A stretch of 64,000 nucleotides of DNA from Octopus vulgaris (Eukaryota): the NCBI GenBank assembly GCA_951406725.2, contig CATOCA020000001.1:9858001-9922000 (forward strand). Direction: 5' to 3'. Shown here piece after piece: positions 54,708 to 64,000 of this stretch (position 1 is its first letter; every line of letters begins with the position of its first letter). The notes beneath the pieces were generated by a model that was not told the origin of the DNA, did not search any database, and worked only from the letters and a program-made list of their open reading frames with translations. Position numbers and translations under genes: made by a program.

Positions 54708-55898
54708 CTATTTATCATGAAACTTATTATATAGGTAAAGTAACTTATGTCTGCATTTTATTTTGCGCTCTTCACCAGTATTAAGTAAATTATCATACTT
54801 ATAAAATAAAATTTCTTTAAACTCATTAGAGCATAAATAACAACAATTAGCTCCTATAGTATATGATTTAGTTTTACAAATTATTTCCCAAATTAAACTA
54901 TAATTAATATTTAGTGATTTAAGACTCCAAATGTACTTACTAAGTCCGGTTGAGTTGATTAAGTTTTTATTTTTAAAAGAATTCATATGTTGTGCGATTC
55001 TTAGTTTTATTTTTGAGGAAGTAGAACCTATATAAACCGCTTTTGTGTAATTATTATTCTTAAAGTTATTATCATGTAATGTAACTATACATTTATACAC
55101 TACATCGTTAATATCACAATTATTATTTAATATACAATTAGATTTATCTCTACATGTACAATTAATATAAGTCTTATCATTATTAATATTATTATCAAAT
55201 AATTTCTTTTTATAAAAATTATTCAGTTTATATTTATTAAATGAAGAAATAATGTTACCAACATTATTAGTGGTAGAGTAACCAACTCCAAAATTATTAA
55301 AAGAGAAAATGTTTCTATATTTACGATTATCTCTAATAAATAGTTCTATAACATCTAAAATCTCTTTAATAATATTCGTTTTTACTTGATCTCCATAAGG
55401 AACTATTAACCAAATTTTATTCTTATTAACCTTATTATTATTATCATTATTATAAATATATTTATAATTCTTTATTTTATTAAAATTATTATCAGAATTA
55501 TATCTATGTACAGCATTTAAGGAATTATTAATATTATTAAATTTATCAATATAATTATTATAATAATTATTAAATTTATTTTTATTTTTATTATTCTTAT
55601 TTATATTATTATTATTATATTTATTATTATTATTATTATTCTTATTTATATTTTTATCATTTTTATTATTTTTTTTATAATATCTATTATTTTTACCACT
55701 AAACCTAACAAAATTATAATTATTATTAGAAGTATCTCGAAAATTAACAATTAAATCTTTATCACTAATATTATAAAATTTAATATTCCTATTATAACCT
55801 GCCCCTCTAAGGGCCTCATTATAATAATTAGCATGTTTATTAAAAATCTCTATATCATAAGAGAGTAATGAAATACGTTTACTTATATTATTAATCAA
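54708..55898 (-). CDS. Naiad-type PLE thumb, Asn-rich linker and GIY-YIG endonuclease (second part of the ORF)
   Basis: NCTCRDKSNCILNNNC, VVYKC...YIGST...KLRIAQH, STGLSKYIW, CYLCSNE...LLN...CRH. Confidence 0.9.
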   Translation of the reverse strand: MINNISKRISLLSYDIEIFNKHANYYNEALRGAGYNRNIKFYNISDKDLIVNFRDTSNNNYNFVRFSGKNNRYYKKNNKNDKNINKNNNNNNKYNNNNINKNNKNKNKFNNYYNNYIDKFNNINNSLNAVHRYNSDNNFNKIKNYKYIYNNDNNNKVNKNKIWLIVPYGDQVKTNIIKEILDVIELFIRDNRKYRNIFSFNNFGVGYSTTNNVGNIISSFNKYKLNNFYKKKLFDNNINNDKTYINCTCRDKSNCILNNNCDINDVVYKCIVTLHDNNFKNNNYTKAVYIGSTSSKIKLRIAQHMNSFKNKNLINSTGLSKYIWSLKSLNINYSLIWEIICKTKSYTIGANCCYLCSNEFKEILFYKYDNLLNTGEERKIKCRHKLLYLYNKFHDK

Positions 55899-57223
55899 CG
55901 ATTTTTAATAGAAAATGGGTGATTACTATTAACATTTATATATCTAAGGTTCTCATTAAGTTTATGATATGGTTGTGTTTTACCTGTAATAAGATTAAAA
56001 TTAACATCTAAATAATTAACATTATAATTCTCCTTATATATAGTAATACTTAAACCATATCTTTTAAAGAAACTATATAGTTTTTTCTTATATACTTCTA
56101 GATTCCTATTAGTACAATTCTTTGTAACTAGTAGAAGATCGTCTCTATATAAACCACCCTCTATCTTAAGATTTTCTAATTGGAGTTCAGATAAAAGAAA
56201 AATACCTACTAAATCAGTAGCCTGTGCAGAATCTGGTGCTCCCATAGGTATATCAAAACAATCTCTAGTATCATTCCTAGCCCATAATTTATTTTTATAT
56301 TTAATTAGCGATTTCCTAGCCATTTTAATTACATTAACTTCTTCCCGTGACATACCCACTTTATTCATTGCGAAAATAAGCGCTTTATTAAACACAATTT
56401 CATTAATAGAAGAATAATAATTATCTATATCTATTTGAATAAATTTATAACGATTTTTATCTTTAATATTATTAAACCATTTCAATGTATTATTATTACT
56501 AAACCATAATTTTAAATAATTAAGTTTATTTAACTTATCAATATATTTATCTAAAATAAATTTACTTAATTTACCTAGGTCCGATTTACATGGGCAAATT
56601 AATCTAACTTTAGGGTCTGAATAAAAATTATCTTTATGGTCTTTAAGAGTAATTCTGGGGTGCAAAGGTACATAAGGTTCAGTTTTATTATCCAACTCAT
56701 ATTTTAACATTACTACTTTAGAGGCCTTATTAATATTATAAAGAATATCATCTGGAACAATTTTATATTTTTTAATTATTTCTTTCCCTAATAGTTTATC
56801 ATATAATTTAACATCTAATTTATATAAGTTCCTTGTTTTATCAGATTGTACTATAATACCATCCATATTTCTCATATCTTTAATTTTAATTGCTAAATTC
56901 CTTAAATATTCATTATTTCTATTTGGGTATTTATGGAATTCAATATTTTTTACCACCTTCCATATACTATCTTCAAGTAATTGTAATTCTTTATTAAATG
57001 GAGGTTCCTTTCTAGATTTAAATTTAGAGGTAAAATTATCATTCCTACTATCAATATCATTAAATAAATAAAAATTATAGTAAAAAGCTTTCCATTTAAT
57101 TCTAGAAATAAAATCTTTAACATTATTAACAAGTTTCAAGATAAATTCCTTTCTAGAAGGAATAGGAATATCTTTCAAAGATGAATCCCAAAACAGCGGT
57201 TCTATCTTACCTGTAAAATCCAT
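55895..57223 (-). CDS. Naiad-type PLE reverse transcriptase (first part of a frameshifted single ORF)
   Basis: SLKDIPIPS...RIKWKAFY, DKTRNLYK, ITLKDHKDNF...RLICPCKSDLGK, IDIDNYYSSI, FDIPMGAPDSA, GGLYRDD, YLDVNF, YINVNSNHP. Confidence 0.9.
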   Translation of the reverse strand: MDFTGKIEPLFWDSSLKDIPIPSRKEFILKLVNNVKDFISRIKWKAFYYNFYLFNDIDSRNDNFTSKFKSRKEPPFNKELQLLEDSIWKVVKNIEFHKYPNRNNEYLRNLAIKIKDMRNMDGIIVQSDKTRNLYKLDVKLYDKLLGKEIIKKYKIVPDDILYNINKASKVVMLKYELDNKTEPYVPLHPRITLKDHKDNFYSDPKVRLICPCKSDLGKLSKFILDKYIDKLNKLNYLKLWFSNNNTLKWFNNIKDKNRYKFIQIDIDNYYSSINEIVFNKALIFAMNKVGMSREEVNVIKMARKSLIKYKNKLWARNDTRDCFDIPMGAPDSAQATDLVGIFLLSELQLENLKIEGGLYRDDLLLVTKNCTNRNLEVYKKKLYSFFKRYGLSITIYKENYNVNYLDVNFNLITGKTQPYHKLNENLRYINVNSNHPFSIKNR

Positions 57224-57456
57224 AATTTACGAAATTGAGGTATTACACTCAATATACAAAATTATCAATATTATATAAATAATAAATATTAGGGAATAAA
57301 TCCAAATTTACAGGGAAAAAATCAGATTTAGGATTAAATCCAATTTTATAATAAAATATTATAAAATATTATTAGAGACAAAACCACTATTTTGCAAAAC
57401 AAACAAGGAAAGACTTAATCAATACATAAAATTTTAATAAATAGTCAAAAAAACCG

Positions 57457-57499
57457 CCACTACAATCGTTCCTTGTCTTGATCGACAATCTTCAGGTGG
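57457..57499 (-). ncRNA. Second hammerhead copy with core substitution (GAAA to GGAA)
   Basis: Same as 50972-51014 except C for T at 57471 on +. Confidence 0.8.
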
Positions 57500-58766
57500 A
57501 CTTCCAATCTAAAATATCAATATTTTAAAATATAAAAATAATAATTTTAAAATAATTAAAGTATGAATGAAAAAATATAAATATATAATCCATATATAAC
57601 CTATATATAATCCATATATAATCAATATATAAACAATATATAAACTAAAATAAACCTATCAACAATTAAATATAAAATATAAAATATAAAATATAAAATA
57701 TAAAACAAAAACAAAAAAATAATAATAATATAATAATAAACTATATATACACCCATACACATATACCTAATTATATATAACCATATCTAACTACATACAC
57801 TAAATCACACACCTATATATATATCCCTATACATACACATAAAAACGTCTAGGCAACTATAAATAAATAAAATAGCTAAATACTTCAACACAATACTTAT
57901 TCATACTCACACACACACACACATACAACCCACATTCACGCTCTAGAAAACGGACATCACTCAAAATTATGAACGGAGAAATGGAATAAATGGAATTAAA
58001 AATTATATTCACTTGGTAAAACGAACACTACTTAAAAATTATGAATGAAACAATGCAATAAAACAACAGACATCGCAAATAGACACAAATTACTACGAAT
58101 TCCTTAACAAACCTACCATGATAAACCAAAACTCATAAAAACATATAATGATAAAATCTCCCTTTACTAAACTCTATAACATACCTATATAGCAATCCCC
58201 CTAACCTAAACATTCACACACAAATACACACACGTAAACCACACACCCACGACATATACAAATACCCACACCACTTACACATACCAATACATACATATAA
58301 ACCTCAACATATACTCCAAAAACCCACTCAACCCCACACAGACAAATAAACACAAAAATTAAGAATGGATTCTTTTATAAAACTACCATGATAAGCTAAA
58401 ACTCACAAAACAGAAATGATAAAACCTCCCTTTACTAAACACTATAACATACTTATATAGCAATCCCTTTAACCTATACATTCACACACAAATACACACA
58501 CGTAAACCACACACCCATAACAAATACAAACACCCACCCCACTCACACACACCCACAAGTACATATAAGCCTCAACATATACACCAAACAAAATTACTTT
58601 ACCAAGGAACTTAACATATGTATAAAAAGTATAACCGCTCTAGAAACGAACATCTTTAAATTAATGAATGGAGAAATGGAATAAATGGAATTAAAAATAA
58701 TATTCACGTGGCAAAACGAACACCACTCAAAAATTATGAATGAAACAATGTAATAAAACAACCAAC

Positions 58767-58797
<31 letters not shown>

Positions 58798-59283
58798 GTG
58801 TCTGTGTACGTGCGTGTGTTTGTGTGTCTGTGTTTGTCCCCCAACATCGCTTGACAACCGATGCTGGTACTAGGCTTATTGGGGTTGATTTGCTTGACTA
58901 ACGACAGTGCTCCAGCATGGCCACAGTCACATGACTGAAACAAATGAAAGAATAAAAGAATAAATGTAATTATGAACACACACACATACACACACATACA
59001 CATTTTGCTGCTCTATGTGTTTATTTATTCAGTTATTCATCCTATATGCGTGTGCTTGTGTGTGTGTATAAATATATTTATATGTACATATGTATGTGTG
59101 TATACGCGTGTGTGTATATACAATAGAAATCTGCATTACCTACTCCCCACCCCAATCATTCCACCTGTTTAATTAATTTCATTCCTTCTCTTCTCTTTTT
59201 CTGTGAGTTTTTCTTTTAATTCTTCACCAGCCGACTTCCCTTTCAGACACCATTTTTAATGTTTTTATTCTTTTCTTTTTCAG

Positions 59284-59438
59284 GTTAATCCTCGAGATGT
59301 AAATGGTCAAACACCGCTGCACTTCGCCTGTTCGTCCGGACACTTGCACATTGTCGAGCTGTTGTTGGGTCACAATGGCATCGATGCCAATGTGTTAGAC
59401 AACGATGGAGACACACCACTGCATGTGGCAGTTCAGGA
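59284..59438 (+). CDS. Ankyrin-repeat protein, coding exon 4
   Basis: TTTTTCAG acceptor; [51 protein letters not shown]; GTAAGT donor, phase 2. Confidence 0.93.
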
Positions 59439-59713
59439 GTAAGTCCCCATTGGATCTGGAATATCCAAATCTGTTTCTTTTATGTTTTCAATAATGTTTA
59501 TTTCTTTTTCATTCAGTCATTCATGTCATAATCCCATCACGGGGTCATTGTCTTTTTTCTATCTTTCGCACTGTAACCTACTTTATTAATTAATCATCAC
59601 CATAATTGTTATTGTTGTTGCCTGATTGGACACTTTACTTCATCTCGTTCTCCATTTCTTCAACGTCACAGGTTCAAATCCTCTCTCTTCTTCCTTTCAT
59701 CCCATCTAGAACT

Positions 59714-59750
<37 letters not shown>

Positions 59751-60418
59751 CCTCACTCTCTCTCCTTTGTAGTTTCCCTATTTACTCTGACCCTGGGCTA
59801 AATACAGAATCATCCCCTTACAGTATTTACATTTGTCTCTTTATGTTCCATGTTCAAATCCTACCAGAATATTTACTATCACTTTGGGGTCAATATAATC
59901 TGTACCAGTAATACCCAGGGGTTCCTTTAATAAACTGTCTTCCTTCTTTTCTCCTGTTCTTGTTTCTAATTACTTTCAGAGGAAATAAATTGTGTTATTT
60001 TATTTACGACTCTTTACGTTCAGAGTTCAAATCCTGCCAAGGTCAACTTCTCCTTCCATCTTTGCAAGGTTGATAAAATACAATACCAATCATGTACTGG
60101 GGTCCATATGATTACCTGTAGCCCTTCTTTCCTTCCTAAATTTCATGTTTATATAAGCTGTCAGAGTTCTTAGCAGTATTTTTCCTGTCTTTACATTTCT
60201 GGGTTTACTCAGAGGTTTATATATTATTGTTCTACTGTGTAGAGTGTGTATTGAATAAATATATATGTGTGTGTGAGTATGTGTGTACTAACTGCTGTAA
60301 TTAAGTTATTGTTACCTAATTACATTTGTTTTCTTTAATGACCTAATAATTATTATCTCAAGCTGTGTAATGTTTGTTTTTTTATTCATGTTTTTCTTTC
60401 CTCATCCATTACTTTCAG

Positions 60419-60455
60419 GCAAAGCTATGAATTGGTGTGTCTATTGCTGAAGCAG
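60419..60455 (+). CDS. Ankyrin-repeat protein, coding exon 5 (gene continues beyond the window)
   Basis: TTTCAG acceptor; (E)QSYELVCLLLKQ; GTTAGT donor; phase compatible with exon 4. Confidence 0.8.
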
Positions 60456-61129
60456 GTTAGTTAATAAATACATATTATATACACTCTCCAGTATTATATT
60501 GATCTGTATAATATAAATATTACCAATGTACCAGTGAAATAATGGGGATAGATTTAATCACATGTACTACAAAAGCCTTGTGTTTGTGGAGGAATTGTAT
60601 ATTGATCATGTTGATGTTGATATTAGCGGTGTGGACAGTCCAACTGACCAGCACCACTGATAATAATATTTTTAATGGTCAAATGAAACAAGGTCATTAT
60701 GAGATGAACCAAAATATAACAGACATCAGGTATATATGTATATATTAATTGTTTTAGACATTTGCCTGCGGCCATGCTGGGGCATCACCTTGAATTTTTA
60801 GTCAACTGCATCGATCCCAGTCCTTTCTTTTATTTTAAGCATATCACTTATCCTCTCAGCCTCTTTACCGAACCGCTACACACACACACACACATATGCA
60901 AACACTAACTCACACACACACACCTACATAGGCACACACATAGACACACACCTGTTATGAAGCTTCTTTCAGTTTTCATTTCCCAAATCCGCTTATTAGA
61001 TTTTGTTCAGCCCTAGGTAAGGGTAGAATATACTTGCCTGAGTTTCCATGCAGAGGGATTCAACGTGGAAGAGTGTATGGCTGGGAAAAATGTTCCTTAC
61101 ACTACAACCATGTATATATGGATGTGTGT

Positions 61130-61152
61130 GTCTATCTATTTCTTTCTTTCTA

Positions 61153-61223
<71 letters not shown>

Positions 61224-61292
61224 GTCTGTCTGTCTCTCTATCTCTCACTCTGTTTGTCTATCTATCTATCTCTCTCTCTATCTATCTATCTG

Positions 61293-61323
<31 letters not shown>

Positions 61324-61364
61324 GTCTGTCTGTCTCTCTATCTCTCTCTCTGTCTATCTATCTT

Positions 61365-61427
<63 letters not shown>

Positions 61428-61480
61428 GTCTGTCTGTCTCTCTCTCTATCTCTCTATCTATCTATCTCTCTCTCTCTCTG

Positions 61481-61554
<74 letters not shown>

Positions 61555-61577
61555 CATCTATCTATCTATCTATCTCT
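61130..61577. repeat. (TCTA)n/(TC)n compound microsatellite
   Basis: Direct reading. Confidence 0.95.
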
Positions 61578-61579
61578 CA

Positions 61580-64000
61580 CTCACAATGGACGGACGATAG
61601 TCATATCGGCTCCACGTAAGTTGGCCACTTTTACATGTTTAAAACTCCTTGTTGTCAAATATTTTGTTTTAATCGTTGTGCAAGTTCATTCACTAAAAAA
61701 CCTGAGAATTATTCACGTAGAATTCCGCCCCTGTATGGGCGAAATTACAAAAAAACTTTCAAAACTTTCGTGGGTTTTTTAGCCATTTTTCATTTTGAAA
61801 ATGGCAACTAGAAACCACGTGGCTAGCCCGCCAGTCATGCAGAACGGTAGCAAAACACTATTGCTACCACTAACTACTAAACATCGCAGCGTGAACACCG
61901 CTGTCACCACCATCACCACCACCACAACAACAACAACAAATCTAACGCCGCATTCACCATCGCCGCGACCAAAGACATTAACTTAGATTTCCCCTCACTC
62001 CCCACACCACTTGTTGATGATAAAGGGACAGAGAAAGGGATTTCAAAAATGAATACAAACGAAAACATGAATGCCAGCACCACCACCATCACCACCAACA
62101 ACAACAACAACGAAATTGGCACAAAGCCGCCTACCAAAGACAACACCGCCAACACCAACACCACTACTACGACGTCAAATGCTACATCCAAGCCTTCTAC
62201 TGCTAATACCGCCAACACCAACACCACTACCATGACTTCAATTAACACTGCCACAATTAACACTTCTACTGCCAAATTCAAAACGAATTTTGCGGACGTA
62301 ACAAAACAAAAAAGAACAATTGTAACATTCACCACACAAGAGATAAACCGCACAAAGGCACTCTTCTCCAAAGAAGGAGACAAATTGCACCTTCACATTC
62401 CACAACACATCGTGGAAAACACCAAAAAAAAACAATAATTTATAAAGTAATAAACAAAAAAACAAGAAGAACAGAAAATGCACCGCAGGAAAAAATCGAA
62501 AAATGCCTTCGTCCTGCATGGGACTCCAAGGAATATATCAGTTGGGGAAACAAATTTGGTACAGTCCAAGTACGTTTCCTCAACGAAAGTTTAGCAAAAC
62601 GTTTTTCCACATTGGAGCTACATTCGGAAGACTTGGTAATGATACCAGTCTATTTAAACAAAAGGGTCACGAAAGTCCAAATAAAAAACATACCATTTGA
62701 TGTCGAAACACAATGGTTGGTCTCTGCCATCTGCTTTGAAATGTCAGAGACAATGTCAGAGACAAACATCCTGGAAATCGCGGTTCTAGGAGAGAAAGAC
62801 TATGTGGGCAAATCAATCGAATTCCTGCTTCAATTGGATGAAGCAGCAAGAGAGAAGATACCCACCGCTATAGAACTGCCAGGAGGCTACAAACTCTATA
62901 TAGTGGTTGAGGGCAGGCGACCACGCTGCTATTTGTGTGGAAGCGAAACACACTTGAAAAAGACGTGCCCAACCACTGCACACCAAGAGCAACAACAACA
63001 ACCACTACCACAACCAAAGCACTCCGGAAAAAAAGCTCTACTACCCACACCACCATCAACACAGAAGACGACAAGAGAAGCACACCAAGCTAATCCGTCA
63101 TCAACCAAAAACCACTCAACACCTGGAAAAATACCAACACCACCAACAACAGCAAAACCAAAAGGAACAGAAAAACAAAGAAAACACACACAAACTGATC
63201 CCCCATCCCTTATACCGCACTCAACACACTCAACACACACAAACACTCAACAACCAACAACAACGAAAACAACAACACAACCACTTACACAGACATACAT
63301 AGAAGCCCACAACATACCCCTACCCCTTCTGATTCCTCAGAAATTTCGTCGGAAGACGAAACCAGTGAGGAATGGCAAATAGCTACAAAAAGAAGGAAAA
63401 TAAAGAGCAGAAACACAACCAAACCAAATGCAAACACGAACAAAGCAGGGGGAAATACATCTCCCGAAGACATTTCAAAACCCAACGCAAACAACAGCCA
63501 CACCAACACCACCAAAACATATACAGCAAACATGCTCACAGCCATAGACACCAAAAACACAAATTTAATGGAATACATCCAATCAAAAACAAACATAACA
63601 GAAGATGACATAAAAACAAACAATCACCCATACACAACACCACCAGACCACATCAAAATATTACACATCTCCAAAAGTCTGCACCACACACTCAAAGGCA
63701 TTTTCCCCAGTGCGGTTGGTAAATGCCAAAAATATCTCACAAAGAAACTGTACTGGGATCTACTCGAGGACAAACCAACGGAGGAGAAAGCAAAAACGGA
63801 GGAGAAAGCAGTAAGTAACCCTCTGTATTCTAATTCATTAGAACTATGATCAAGATTGGTTGTGTAAATGCGCGTGGCTTGGGGTCCCCTTGGAAACAAG
63901 GGTACCTCTTAAATGACATAAAGTCACATAAGTTAGAAATCATAGCCATAAGCGAGACCAGACTCCACAATCCGCGGGCCCTAAAGACCATGTTTGGCGG
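61580..64000 (+). mobile_element. 5' part of a Tx1/L1-clade LINE: frameshifted ORF1 with CCHC knuckle and start of ORF2 (APE)
   Basis: ORF1 pieces 62049-62438, 62612-63382 (TKVQIKNIP...VVEGRRPRCYLCGSETHLKKTCP) and 63532-63849. ORF2 from 63846 reads MIKIGCVNARGLGSPWKQGYLLNDIKSHKLEIIAISETR. Confidence 0.88.

Larger units (their letters stand above)
50876..58766 (-). mobile_element. Near full-length Penelope-like element, Naiad type, with ~1.4-kb direct pseudo-LTRs
   Basis: Direct repeats 50876-52281 and 57361-58766 (offset 6485). RT and GIY-YIG ORFs lie between them. (TA)n on both flanks. Confidence 0.92.

Noticed and set aside
55895-55897. TGA ending the Naiad RT ORF as a selenocysteine codon (some Naiads encode selenoproteins)
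   Set aside because: The downstream ORF is in a different frame, so the TGA results from a 1-nt frameshift. The conserved Cys positions in the nuclease region are ordinary Cys codons.

Overview
Repeat-dense animal genomic DNA, very probably an Octopus species, judged from the tRNA-derived SINE families with internal microsatellites and TTAGGG telomeric repeats. Most listed ORFs are microsatellite or low-complexity artefacts. Supported content, left to right: the 5' part of an RTE LINE (-, 1-3640); a CR1/L2-like RT fragment; a fold-back element; two telomeric tracts facing each other (TTAGGG-like at 7811-7900, CCCTAA-based at 8923-10197) with a truncated death-domain-like exon between them; an 8.83-kb segment in three tandem copies (11400-35606), preceded by an inverted 1.2-kb piece joined directly to the telomeric tract; a cluster of decayed elements (Penelope-like, Gypsy, Tc1/mariner); and five in-frame exons of an ankyrin-repeat gene (+, from 40460, continuing past the window). 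That gene's introns hold a Hero-like fragment, a long GA array with a young LINE piece, a (GAT)n array, a near full-length Naiad-type Penelope-like element with hammerhead ribozymes in its pseudo-LTRs, and the 5' end of a Tx1/L1-like LINE. The two best leads are the telomere/inversion junction and the ribozyme-bearing Naiad, which appears to insert repeatedly into the (TA)n core of one SINE family. All calls come from reading the sequence by eye; repeat boundaries are approximate and no database searches were run.
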